Source of the DNA: Podarcis erhardii
Lineage: Eukaryota
Strand: one strand, 5' to 3'
Assembly: GCA_964252035.1 (NCBI GenBank)
Contig: OZ176204.1
Length of the DNA: 64,000 nt
Of this stretch, positions 35,201-47,879 are shown one piece after another (the stretch's first letter is position 1; each line of letters begins with the position of its first letter). A program made the translations under genes and the position numbers. The notes beneath the pieces were generated by a model that was not told the DNA's origin, made no database searches, and saw only the letters and a list, made by a program, of their open reading frames with translations.

Positions 35201-36619
35201 TTATGTCACCAGATGGGGCCAGAGCTACAAGTACAACTTCAATTATACTAGCAATTTTGCTTTCTTTTTCCTTATGTGGCTCTCAGTACAGTAGTCAATA
35301 ATCTCATCACTTGGTTGCCATTGTGTAAACAATGACTGGGAAGATGGCAATCTGGAGCATTGACATGACAGATCCAAGAGGCATTTCAAGAAACGCATCT
35401 AAAGGTAGGGAAATTCCAGAACCTGCTCATAAACTTTGCAATAGTGTCTTAAGAACATAAGAGGAACTTGCTGGATCAGGTAATGTCCTGCCTAGTCCAG
35501 CATCTTGTTTTCAAAGTGGCTGACCAGGTACCTGTGGGAAACCTTCAAGCTGGAATTGAAAGCCAGACAGCGTGTTTTCAACACTTGTCTCTTTACCCAG
35601 GAGCTGGTTTTGAGAAGGGGAAGGATCATTTCCATCAGGAGCAGGGACTGGTCCCCTTATCTCAAACTAGTCCCTTACCCAGAATGCAAAGCTGCAGTGT
35701 TTAGTTCATTGTTTTTGGAGTGGGAGGAGAGGTGGGCAGTGGAGCAGGGAAATAGGGAGTTGAGAAGGGAGAATAATGGTGAGTGATAAGACAGTTGGAG
35801 GGTGAAGAAATGCATTTTCCCCTGATGAAATTATACATGACTTTTGCATATAAATGTAACAACTTCGCTATTGAAGTTGATGTTCCCTTCAAAGAAGCTG
35901 AGCAAACACAGCTCCTCCTCTCACCAATTTCAAATACTGATAGACCTAATTGTTTGATGTCTGCATTGTTAACATTCCTTTACCCTAAGAATTTATATAG
36001 CTTCCCTAGTTACTGGCACATTCATGTCACAGCTGGACAGATAAAAGTGTTGTAAAATACACACACACACATACACATTTTAAATCTTCCTTACAGAATT
36101 AGTTTTTTAAGAATGTTACGGTTGCAATCCTATGTGCCTACTCAGCCTGGGAATAAGCCCCACTGCAAACAGCAGGACTTCCTTCTGAGTAGACACATAT
36201 AGGATTCTGCTGTAAGGCCTCGATTCTGTAAACACTTTTCTGAGAGTTGGCCTCACTGAACACTATTATTTGCTTCAGAGTAAGCATGCATTGGATAGAA
36301 GTTGCCAGCAGAAGCAGCAGCTGTAAGGTCTGGATTAACTGGTATGCTAAAAAAATAGCTTTAGAGAGGGGATCCAGCCAGCTTCACAGCCATACCTTCC
36401 CATAATTATCTAGGAGTTTGCAAAGCGAGGGAAATAGCCACTAATACCCTGTAAAAGCTTAGCATTTCCCGTGTTGCATGGAACATACCCAGTTACAGGA
36501 AACGTGAGAGTTCTGGAATCCTGGCCAGCATGAGGAATTAACCTGTTTCCTCCTTGAAATGTTGATTTGTACAAATAAATATTGCATTGCACAACCGAAC
36601 GCCTTCATCTGCCCCAGCT

Positions 36620-37190
36620 GCAGCAAAACATGTCTCTTTTTAAAATATATATATATTTATTACTTTTAAACCTTACAAACAAGAAGAAAAAGAAAAGGAG
36701 AAGGAAGAAAAAAACAAAAGAAAGAAAAAACAATACAATACAATATATAAACAATATACCACACAACATTAACGCGTTCAAAACATGTCTCTCCCGCATC
36801 AGTCTCTACAGCCACAGCGGCAGGCGCTGCAACCTTCCAACTGTTTGACACCTCACCTGAGACAGACGGATGCCAGCCAACAAAGAAGTAGGGTAGAAAA
36901 AACAAGGTTGGACTTTGTAGAACTACAGGAGGAATAATTTCCGGTTGCTGCTTTTGCTTCATATGTTCCTTCGCAGCTCTATAGTGATTTATTTTTGCTT
37001 TGTGAAAGCTTTATATCAAGTCCAGTTTGCAAGTCTTTCTTGAGCCGCTCAACCAATAAGTTTTAGTTCCTCATTTGTTGTAAATGATCTTCCTTGCGGT
37101 GTTTTCCCTCCTAGATTTGGGTTCCCGTGTGACGATAATGCACTTGCTTGCCTTAATTCAAAACCACCCTGTTTTGTACCTTTTACCAGA
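36620..37190 (-). mobile_element. Possible degraded L1/Tx1 3' fragment
   Basis: Interrupted minus frame (..NTARKIIYNK*..YWLSG..) and a T-rich tail; weak. Confidence 0.35.
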
Positions 37191-39175
37191 TGATAAAGAG
37201 TCACTGCTGTGCAACATGTGTCTCTACAAATGTAGCAGGAACTTTGGGTATTTTGGATGATACTACATGTGGGATTTCAGATGGGAACTTGTTGTGGAAC
37301 ACGTACTGTTCATGCTCAGATGCTTTTCACATCGTCCACATTACATTGTTGTCATCAAATTGCCCATACTTTTTTCTTCATTTAATCCAGATTTACTCGC
37401 TTTGCGGACAATTTAATAAGTAAAAATAACCTGTTATACATCCACAGACACAACCAGTGTCTCATTATCAGACAGAAATGGTTCTTGTGGTTGAGTGGAG
37501 CTGGTACGTTAGCTTCCTGGCAGGTGGGTTTTACCAAGAGGGCAAGACAACATTAAGGTCAGCATAGTGCAGATGGACCAGCTAAGTGTAATGGACTGGC
37601 TGGACGCAGATGAATGGTGGGAGAAACCAGCTGAGGAACCCCCAAGGGAAGAATTGTGGGTTTTGAATAATAATAAAGGTGTGTTTTGAATAATAATATA
37701 GGTGTGCATTCACAGATACAGCAATCCCTGTGTGCATGCCAAGAACAGAAAAGGGTATCAGAGGAAGGAGAAGAGGTTGATAAAAACAGGCCACATTCTG
37801 TCCAGTTTGCCCACCACTGTGAACAGTAACAGCAATGACTATCGAAACAAAATGTGTGGAAGCTAACATGCCAATCATAGACACACATTAAAGCAGGGTC
37901 TGAACCAGGTTTTATTCTAAGTTTTTTCCTCTTCTGCATAAACAGCCAGCCCCTTGGCCACCCCTGAACTTTTTGTAACTTAAAGGAAGAACTTAAATGA
38001 ATGGAGAACTAAGGGGGTGCGCCCCTCCCATTATTTGGGGGAAGAGATTATCTCCCATTCTTAACCTACAGTTGGGTGCCAAGACTTACTTCCTTCCCAA
38101 AGCATGACTGAAGCTGAGGGCCCCCATCCTAAAACAAAAGAAAAGTTAACATGCTCAGCATAATGTGTGAGGAATCACCATGGCACAACTGCGTGGTCTT
38201 CTGTATGTAAACGATTGTATAGCTACATACTGTTTAAGTAGAGTTCAGTGTGATTCAGTGAATGCCTTTGACTAGTCAATTAATACACTATTCTCATAGT
38301 CCCATAATAAACTATTAATGTAAGGTTATGGAGATTTGTAAGGAACCAATATTCATCTTTATTTCCTAATTCTCTTTTCTCATCTGTTTCTTTTTCAGAA
38401 ACGACCTACCTCCTTGTTAAATAACATATGCCCAACCACACTAACACATAGAATTTTTTTGACAATGCAAAAAATGCATCTTGTTTCATGTTAGACTAAA
38501 CCCTGGTCTGAGCAACCCCTGGGTGATATAAAGTCCCTGTTTAAGAGAAAGAGGGGAGATTTGGGACAAACCTGTCCATTTCACAATTTAACACTAATCT
38601 GCCTAATTTACAAACTGAAGGGCATCTGTCCTGCTCCGCACATCATGTGCATGTGTGATTGATAACTGCTTTGTTATTTATGCTTGGAAAAAGGGACTTT
38701 GCAACTCTTAAAACACTAAAAATGGGACGGGACATGCTTTGAATTATCATGCCAAAAGGTCCTTTGTCTCAGCTGGGGGTTTCCAGGGAGATGCAGAGTG
38801 ATCAGAGCACAGTGTGACATCAGTGGGGAGGGGGAGGGCCTGGAGGGCTAATCTGGAGGGGGGGGATTCCATTGGATTGGAAGAGAACAAAGGAACTGCA
38901 GGAACTCCTTTGAGGCCAGTGTGAGGGTGAGGAGTTATCCTTAGGGAAGCCCATAAAAAGATAAAAATAGGGTAGCAATATTCTTGACTTTTGGCTTAGG
39001 TGAGAAAGTTTCACAGCTAAAGTTTGCACTATCGATAAGGAGAGCACAAGAGGCCATACTTCATGTCCTGGCTGCTTAACTGGAAAAGGCTAAACACGGC
39101 AGTTTCAGTATCATGACTCCAACACCGCCACCAAGAAGCCTGGGAAGCTGTAGAGGTGGCAAACAATGACTAAGC

Positions 39176-39368
39176 AAGTAGTTGTGGTTAGAGTGTCAGA
39201 CTAGGACCTAGGAGACCAGAGTCCAAATCCCAACTCTCTGGGTGACCTTGGGCCAGCCACTCAGTCTCTCAGCCTAGCCTATCTCGCAGGGTTGTTGTGG
39301 GAATAAAACCGAGAGGGTGAGAACCATTTACACCACCTTGAGCTCCTTGGAGGAAATGCGAGATATAC
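39176..39368 (+). mobile_element. Old MIR-type CORE SINE
   Basis: gtggttagagtgtcagactaggacct head; ctgggtgaccttgggccag CORE. Confidence 0.7.
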
Positions 39369-40114
39369 ACAATGAACAATGCTAGATACACTTGAAACTG
39401 GAATTTTTCAAAAGCAGCAGTAGCGCCATGTCCAGGCAAGCTGGGGTAGTTTATTTTTCTGTGTTACAAAGTTTTAGAAAGTCAATTTCTTTTTTTGTGC
39501 AGTTGAGGGTCATCTAGTCCAACCTGCTGCAGTCGTGGGGGGGGGGGTTATTGTTGCAAGCCGCCTTGAGCGGTGTAAGAGCATTGGAAGGGTGGGGTGT
39601 AAACTTTCCCCCTAAAATAAATAAGCCAAATATTATGTTGAGCCATTAATTCTGTTGTTTACAGGACATCTAGGAGTGAGAGGACCCTGACTACTCTGTC
39701 AGATGCTAATATTGTTTTATTCTTCCTTTGCTTATGACAAGTAAATGGAATGCTTTGGATCTCTCCCAGGGTTAAGAGGTGATGCAGTTTCACATCTGGA
39801 CTGAGCCATTGTTAGCCCTAATGTTTGGGACGGAGTAGCCTACAAGAATAAAGAATAACAAATACCCCTGTGTCTACCTTCATGAAGTGTCCCCATGGCA
39901 TAGCAAATAGTTGGAATCTTCTAGTCCCCAGTAGAACAAGGTGGTAGAATTATGAAATGGTAGAATCCATGGTACCAGTTATGGGTGCAGGACAGGGAAG
40001 TAAAAGGAAGAAGTAAACCACAGAGAGAGGTTCTAGCCCAACTCGCTCCCTGTTGTGTATGTCTTCTACTTGTATGGAGTAGAGGAGCATTCATAAACAC
40101 TGCAGAATCACAAG

Positions 40115-40345
40115 AATGGGAAGCGAACCTAGAGGTCATTAACTCCAGCCTCCTGACCAATGCAGGATGCAACTACAGCATCTTTGGCAAGTGGCCATCC
40201 AACCTCTATTTCAATACCTTTGGGAAAGCAGAGCCCATGCAGTCGGTTCCACGGTCAAAAAGCTCTCCCCATCAGGTTTCTTCCAGTGTCTCTGCTTCCC
40301 TGCAATGTCCATACATTGGTTCTAGTCCTGCCCTCTGAAACACAG
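40115..40345 (-). mobile_element. Decayed CR1 3' end
   Basis: agaatcacaagaatgggaag..gaggtcat..; colinear with 52851-53155. Confidence 0.6.
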
Positions 40346-40429
40346 AGAGCAAGAATCGGTATTGGGACCATAACTTGCCCATAAATGATCTAGAGTTAGG
40401 GGTGAGGAAGCCAAGTTTTCTGATGATAC

Positions 40430-40990
40430 TAAATTATTTCAGGGTGGTGAAAACAAAAAGGGATTGTGAAGAGCTCCAAAAGGATATTTCCAAAGTGGCT
40501 GAATGGGCAGTAAAATGGAAGCAAGTGAGGTTCAATGCAAGCAAGTGAAAAGTGATGCACATTGAGACAGAAAGTCAAATTTTCACTTATATGCTCCTGG
40601 CGTCTCAACTGGCAGTGACTTACCAGGAAAAAGACCTTGGGGTTGCAGTGGGCAGCTTGGTGAAGATGTTGACCCAGTATGGAGCAGTTGCTAGGGATCA
40701 CTAGGGAGGAATAGAAAACAAAACTGCCAATGCCATCATGGTGACGTACAAACCTATGTTGTGGCTGCACTTGATAAGAGGAATGCTGCATAATATTATA
40801 CATGGTGTGGATAAAATGGACAAGGATACATTTTTTGTCCTTCTTTCCTACTTCTAGAACCCAGGGTCATCCATTGAAGATGAAGGCTGATAGATTCAGG
40901 ACAGACAAAAAAAGGACTCCGCCACACAGTGCTTAGTGAAAACCATGGAATTTGCTCCCATGAGATGGGCACCAATTTGGATGGCTTTAA
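40430..40990 (+). mobile_element. CR1 LINE reverse-transcriptase/C-terminal fragments
   Basis: Frameshifted LFRVVK..DCEELQKD..EWA.KW..RFNA.K.KVMH..EKDLGV, then a CR1 end. Confidence 0.75.
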
Positions 40991-43239
40991 AAGAGCTTCA
41001 AGCAACCTCTTCATGTTCTACATACCAGCCCTTCAAATATTGGAAGACTGCTATCACATCTCGCCTTATTCTTCCCCAGGTTAGCTATTCCTAGCTCTTT
41101 TGATCATTCCTCAAAGGGCATAATCTACTGTATATATTCTGAACTGGTACAGTCCATTTGGATAATCTCAATAACTACTGCTTCATTTTCCTGCATCAGA
41201 TTTAGCAATAGAATGTAGGGACGCAGGAATCACAAACTTTTTCTAATCTTTTCTGTTGTCCTGCAGCAGAAATACGAGCGAGTTACATAACCGATATGCA
41301 TCCAGTCTGTAAAAGACAAGTCAGGAAAAGCAAAACATTTTTTTTTCCACCAGGTGCTGTCACTCTCTGACTCATAAATTCATCGTTTTGACTCTAGAGG
41401 AGGGACAACTGGCATTATCAGGTGTGCAACCCAACCTATGCTACATTGACTTGGAAGGAAATACCAGAGAGTTAAGTGAGACTTACACCCAAGTTAGTGT
41501 GAGTGCATAAGATTTCCACTTCTCTTCCTGGTTACCTCTGTGCTCTACAAACTAGGGCATATTTTGGGTTGGGCTTTTGAATCTTTATCTCTAGTGATTA
41601 GGATTTCTAGTTTTTACCTGTTCAGGCCAAGTTTCATTCCCAGTAAAGGAATTTACAATACCTTTGGGCAGTGGAGTCCGGTTTCCATTGGGACAGGGTG
41701 CAAGGAGGCCAGCGGTAAATAGAACCAGAGCCAATTCTAATGGGGAGCTCTCTAATTCTGGTTTTGACCCCATCCTTCTCCCTGCTGAATTGTACAACGG
41801 CAACACTGGATTGAACAAAGGCAACATCCCTGTTGCTACCACCTATGTTTCTTGAGCTAGGAAGGCAAGCAGAGCCACCCCAGGCTCTGTGAGTACAGGG
41901 GGAGGTCTTGGCAATACAACTTGCGGAGGACTCCTTCCTTGACCCTGCTAGAGGCATCTACTTTGAGCTCCTTCTCCAGTCTGTTTCCTGGAATGAGAGA
42001 GCAGGTGACAGCTGCTCCTTGTACCTGGCAGCTGTCAAGCGTCAAGAGCAGCAAGCAGCCTGTTCTCCCCCTCTGGGCAGTGATGCAGATTTCCAATCCT
42101 CACCACTGCCCAGAGGGACAGGGCAGGTGTGAACAGCTTCTCCTATTCCTTGTAGGCCCTCCCAGGGCCTTTTGACCCACAGATGCTACCTTCCAATACC
42201 AACCCTAGAGGCAAGGGAATGACTCTCGCTACCACTGCTCCCACCCCATCCTTTTTCTCTTGCAAAACAGGCAGCCATTGTGGCTAGTTTTCCTCCGGTT
42301 CCGATAACTAATCTCTCGAAATAACTTTACAACTGTGTTTAGCCCCCTTTCCCAGTCACACCGAGGTTTCAGAAGGGGCGGTGGCCTTCCTGTACAAACT
42401 GGTTTGCAGAGCGGCGGCCGGGCTTTGCCGTGCCTTTTATCTGAAAGAGGACCTGGCTCGGGTGACTTGCAAGCGAGATCTATACCACACAACAGCCTGA
42501 GTCATTCAGAGCCTTTCCTTTTAGTCGTCTCAAAGTTCAGCTATCTGTGTTTGAGAAAATGAAAATGCAAACACACTTCAGTTTCAGGCAGCTGACTACA
42601 GAGGGTGATGCAGCTGGACACAGCCTTGATTTCATTGGAATGTCCTCCTTGGTAAGTATGCTTATAAACACAGCCTTAATGAGAGAAGGGCCTCTTCACC
42701 TTCCAGAGTTATTTTTCTCTGAGCTGTTAAGAAACCAGAAGGTAGAAAACAAAGTTCTTTCAAAGGCGCTGGTCCCACAATATCCCCCAAACTTGAACGG
42801 CTCATAGACGATTAAAAAAAATAAAAATCCTACAAGCCAGGTTAATTAAAACAGTGTTTAGAGACAGTATAGCTGTGTTTACCACACACAAGTGGTGCTT
42901 ACGACCATTCAACCCCATTCAGAGAATGTGCAAAGACATGAGGTATTCAGGGCACATTTCCACGGGGCAGATTAAGAGGCCCGATGGGCTGTAGTTGGCC
43001 CCTCGGCTGGAGGCTCCCCCCGCCCGCCCGCCCCAATACCCTGCAGCTTGAAAGAAGTGGTGATTTGGCTCACCCTAGACTCACTGGTTTGAGCCTGGGA
43101 CTGAATCGGCTTTGGTTATCTTGATGGATGGCCTTCATCAGGAATATATGTGGGGCTGAAGTTGACCCAGAAAATGTCACTGGTGCAAAAAAGTGGCAGC
43201 TGAGCTGCTCGTTGGAAAGAATATCACCACTGTATTAAA

Positions 43240-43440
43240 CCTTGGCTGAAAGAATTACAATGCCCTGTGCAGCTTGGGAACTCAGATACTTAAAAGAGCA
43301 TCTCGTCCTTTATATTCCCAACCAATCACTGTGCTCTGCCGGAGAGGGCATTCTGCAGATTCCATCTCATCAGGAAGTCATTTCGACACAATGTCAGAAT
43401 CAGGCCTTTATAGTGGCAGAACCTACCCTTTAGAACTACG
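43240..43440 (+). mobile_element. Degraded L2 ORF2 fragment
   Basis: YLKEHLVLYIPNQSLCSAGEGILQIP..QAFIVAEPTL. Confidence 0.6.
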
Positions 43441-43556
43441 GTAGTCCCTCCTGTTACAGGTTAGACAATTGCCTTATCTGCTGTTGTTCAGCATCTGCTG
43501 AAGACTTCTCTCTTTCAACAGCATTCTAAGAGGAGATTATTTTCTCTTAGTCAGTA

Positions 43557-43719
43557 CAGTGGTACCTCGGGTTACATACGCTTCAGGCTACATACGCTTC
43601 AGGCGGTGCGGCGGCAGCAGGAGGCCCCATTATCTAAAGTGGTGCTTCAGGTTAAGAACAGTTTCAGGTTAAGTACGGACCTCCAGAACGAATTAAGTAC
43701 TTAACCCGAGGTACCACTG
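43557..43719. mobile_element. Tc1/mariner MITE, subfamily A, internally deleted
   Basis: TA-CAGTGGTACCTCGG ... CCGAGGTACCACTG-TA. Confidence 0.9.
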
Positions 43720-43724
43720 TATCT

Positions 43725-44076
43725 AGGGGGATGCGGGTGGCGCTGTGGGTAAAACCTCAGCGCCTAGGACTTGGTTGGCGGTTCGAATCCCCGCAGCGGG
43801 GTGCGCTCCCGTCGCTCGGTTCCAGCGCCTGCCAACCTAGCAGTTCGAAAGCACCCCCGGGTGCAAGTAGATAGATAGGGACCGCTTACCAGCGGGAAGG
43901 TAAATGGCGTTTCCGTGTGCTGCGCTGGCTCGCCAGATGCAGCTTGTCACGCTGGCCACATGACCCGGAAGTGTCTGCGGACAGCGCTGGCTCCCGGCCT
44001 TTAGAGTGATATGAGCGCACAACCCTAGAGTCTGTCACGACTGGCCCATACGGGCAGGGGTACCTTTACCTTTACC
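43725..44076 (+). mobile_element. Full-length Sauria SINE
   Basis: tRNA-like head gggatgcgggtggcgctgtggg..ggttcgaatccc, tail acctttacctttac; 13-bp TSD TACCACTGTATCT. Confidence 0.92.
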
Positions 44077-44859
44077 ACTGTATCTGTATTGGTTTTGAAA
44101 TGGATTTTTTAAAATACTTGTGATTGTTTTATCTGTTTTTATGTATATACAATTGTTTTATACATGTTTTTATTGTACGATGAAATCACTTTGAGATGCT
44201 TCGTAAGAACCAATTCATAAATGAAATTACAGATAGGTAGCCGTGTTGGTCTGCCATAGTCAAAACAAAACAAATTCCTTCCAGTAGCACCTTAAAGACC
44301 AACTAAGTCAGTTCTTGGTATGAGCTTTCGTGTGCATGCACACTTCTTCAGATACCAAATTATTATTATTATTATTATTATTATTATCATCGTTATCATC
44401 ATCACCATCACAGGGTTCGGCAGAAGATAGATCAGGATCTACTGGTAGATTTCTGAGTGGTTTGAAGTAGATCAGCAAGGTTTCTTGTTCCCGGTTGCAT
44501 CACAACAAAAAGGGGTTTTTCCCCTCTTCTAAATTTGGCTGCTGATATGAAGAAAACCTGGCTGGTGGTGGGAAGTAGATTCTAGTGTGACCGGACTCTT
44601 TAATTAAGTTCTGGTACCGAAAATGAATTCCTGGGTTGAGCATGTGCTCAGAGGCATGCTTTTTCTTAAATCTAATTGTACAGTATACCGACTCACTACC
44701 AGCCACGTTTTTGCACCTGACTCCAGGTCCTGAGGTCTCAGAAGTCTTGTAATTTTTCTACATTCATTTAAAAAAAAAAAAAATCCTAGCAAACTGTATT
44801 ACGAAAGTAATATTGATTAAAGTATAAATATAAATTAAGCTTACATTTCTTTAAAACAC

Positions 44860-45244
44860 TATATAGTCCACAAGCAGGATTAAGAATCTTCTGTGTAATG
44901 TAATATTCAATCTGCTATAATATATAACACTAATTTTCCCCTTACAGCATTCATTTTTTTATAACCTATAATCAAAACAAATGACTCCATTAATTAGATC
45001 CACATTTCATTTTTCTTAATTCCTCTAACCCTTCTGAAAATGATCCTATTTTTCCTTTTTTAAAAACCCAAACCATTTCATATGCAGTTGGAACTGTTCT
45101 ACCAGATTCCTGGCTATTTATAAAATCAATAAACACAAACCAGTCTGCCAAAAACTTGTCCATCTCTCTTTGACCTCTCATTACTTGAAGTTTGTGAGAC
45201 AATCTTTCCAGTACAGCTAATTGCCAAACTTCTTGTAAAAACAC
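44860..45244 (-). mobile_element. L1-like LINE ORF2 C-terminal fragment
   Basis: EVWQLAVLERLSHKL..EMDKFLADWFVFIDF resembles the L1 ORF2 end. Confidence 0.55.
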
Positions 45245-45458
45245 CGAGCAGATCCCACAAACTCAGTGTTGCCCATCTGTCATTTATCACACATATAGGA
45301 TTTATCCCCACCACCACCAAGATTCTCACAACAACCCCGTGAGATAAGTTAGGATGAGAGAAAGCAACTGCTCCAACATGAGCCTCATGGGTAAACAGAG
45401 GTTTGTACCAAACCCTCTGTCCACTTCCCTGTACTGGTTCTTAGTCAAAACGTCTCAA

Positions 45459-45640
45459 CTCCTCCACGTGCAGCTGCTGGGTGACCTTGGGCTGGTCACA
45501 CTTCTTTGAAGTCTCTCAGCCCCACTCACCTCACAGAGTGTTTGTTGTGGGGGAGGAAGGGAAAGGAGAATGTTAGCCACCTTGAGACTCCTTCGGGTAG
45601 TAATAAAGCGGGATATCAAATCCAAACTCTTCTTCTCTTC
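45459..45640 (+). mobile_element. MIR/Ther1-type CORE SINE (Squam3-like), young copy
   Basis: Near-identical to 5943-6152. Confidence 0.75.
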
Positions 45641-46374
45641 ATCTCAAGTGTCAAAGCCAAGATGTAAAGAAATGTGCCTTCAGCACTTGCAGAAAGCTGT
45701 AGAGTGAAGGCGCCAGCCATCAGGTGCACCTCTGTGGGGAGAGAGTTCCTCAGGTTAGGGGCCATCACAGAGTAGGGGCCATCACTGAGCCTTGGAGGGT
45801 GATGGCGTCATCAAGAGGGCCACCTCTGCATCTGAGAGGGTCTGTAGGGAAGGAGGCAGTGTTTTGCCCTGTCTGTGGACCACCACTCTGCAGCTTCACA
45901 ATAGAGAAGCTACTATCCTACTTTACAGATGATGGCCCTCAAGCTGAAGGAAGCTTCTGCTTGATGGGCTGCCTGGTCCAAGTCAGGCTTAAGGATGAAG
46001 AGCCACAAGGGGCCTTGAAGCTGACCATCTACACGCAGCAGCTAGGCAGCAGAATGAGCAGGCACAAAGGTCACTTGATCACACAGTCATCGTTCCCCCC
46101 CCCCACTATGGTGAGATGTATTGCATTTATATTAAATTTATCTGAATTGTTTCAAGATTTGCACCTAAACATATCGTCAACAATATATTTAAAATTATTT
46201 AAAATAATATTTAAAATGTCTATGGTTTGATGCTGGCATTTTTATTTTCAATGAAAAAATCATGTATTTTTAAAAGGTGGGCTTCCAATATAATAAATGA
46301 AGAAACACAGTCAATTCATCTCCAATGACACATTTTCTAGGTCAATAAATGTTGGGTGTTAATTCAAGAAAAAA

Positions 46375-46380
46375 GAAAAA

Positions 46381-46440
<60 letters not shown>
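46375..46440. repeat. (GAAA)n microsatellite
   Basis: Direct reading. Confidence 0.95.
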
Positions 46441-46441
<1 letters not shown>

Positions 46442-46904
46442 CTATTACCGCAGCAGCAGGAATCCACCAACCCAAAATACAAACAAGGCTGCAAGTGCTC
46501 TGGAATTTTTATTATCAGAATCTAAAGACTTGTGTGTTTTGAGCTGTCTCTTGTCCTCCAGGGCAATTTCTGAAATAAATGTACAATATTTTACTCTCAA
46601 ACCAATATAAAGATATCATGTACAATAATAAGAAAATAAAGTACAACTCCAACCCCCGCTTTCCTGACAATCTATTAGCAGAGCCATGAACTTTAAAAGA
46701 ACAACACTTCTTTATCTGGAACTCTTTTCCGAAGGGAAAGAGCAAGAGAGAAATGTTTTAGAGGAAGAACTCGCAAAATATCAAGTACCAGTATCATAAA
46801 AAGCAATGAACAAATCAATTTGTATTTAGTACACAGTCCTTGTGTTTTGTACCACAGATAGGGAAGTTATGGCCCTCCAGATATTGTTGGACTCTAGCTT
46901 TCAT

Positions 46905-47142
46905 CATCGAATTCTATAGTTGGAAGGGACCCCAAGTGTCATCTAGTCCAAACCTCCGCTATTCAGGAATCTCAGCTAAAGCTTCCATGACAGATGGTCT
47001 TCCAACTTCTGCTTAAAAACCTCCAGGGAAGGAGAGTCCAAGGGAGTCTGTTTCACTGTTGAATATCTCTTACCATCAGAAAGTTCTTCCTGATGTTTAG
47101 CCAGAATCTCCTTTCTTGTAACTTGCAGCCATTGGTTCAGGC
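46905..47142 (-). mobile_element. CR1 3' end abutted by a hAT element
   Basis: DSPSLEVFKQKLEDHLSWKL (ORF 46976-47185). Confidence 0.8.
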
Positions 47143-47325
47143 CATGGGTAGGCAAACTAAGGCCCAGGGGCCGGATCCGGCCCAATCGCCTTCTAAATCC
47201 AGCCCCCGGAAAGTCCAGGAATCAGTGTGTTTTTACATGAGTAGAATGTGCCCTTTTATTTAAAATACATCTCTGGGTTATTTGTGGGGCATAGGAATTC
47301 GTTCATATTTTTTTTCCAAAATATA
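47143..47325. mobile_element. Truncated non-autonomous hAT element
   Basis: CATGGGTAGGCAAACTAAGGCCC end; other terminus missing. Confidence 0.8.
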
Positions 47326-47443
47326 GTACTTTTGTCCACTCATTAACACTTTCAAATGAACTCTGCCTCAGTGTTCCCCATAGAGGACACTGCTTAATAG
47401 GATGCATTCACACAGTGTGGTGTTTTCTCCTCTCCTCAGTTAA

Positions 47444-47795
47444 TAAAGTTAAAGGGACCCCTGACCATTAGGTCCAGTCGTGGCCGACTCTGGGGTTGTG
47501 GTGCTCATCTTGCTTTATTGGCCAAGGGAGCCGGCGTACAGCTTCCAGGTCATGTGGCCAGCATGACTAAGCCACTTCTGGCAAACCAGAGCAGCACACG
47601 GAAATGCCATTTACCTTCCCGCTGGAGCGGTACCTATTTATCTACTTGCACTTTGACATGCTTTTGAACTGCTAGGTTTGCAGGAGCAGGGACCGAGCAA
47701 CAGGAGCTCACCCCATCATGGGGATTCGAACCACCGACCTTCTGATCGGCAAGTCCTAGGCTCTGTGGTTTGACCAACAGCGCCACTCGCATCCC
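47444..47795 (-). mobile_element. Full-length Sauria SINE
   Basis: Reverse complement of the Sauria SINE consensus seen elsewhere in the window. Confidence 0.9.
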
Positions 47796-47838
47796 TGAGT
47801 TCCTGAAACCTGAGGTCCATTTTGAGCATGTTCACAGA

Positions 47839-47879
<41 letters not shown>

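Noticed and set aside
45724-46230. 168-aa plus-strand ORF with CPVCG
   Set aside because: GTG start, no second zinc-ligand pair, no family match, and it runs into AT-rich low-complexity sequence
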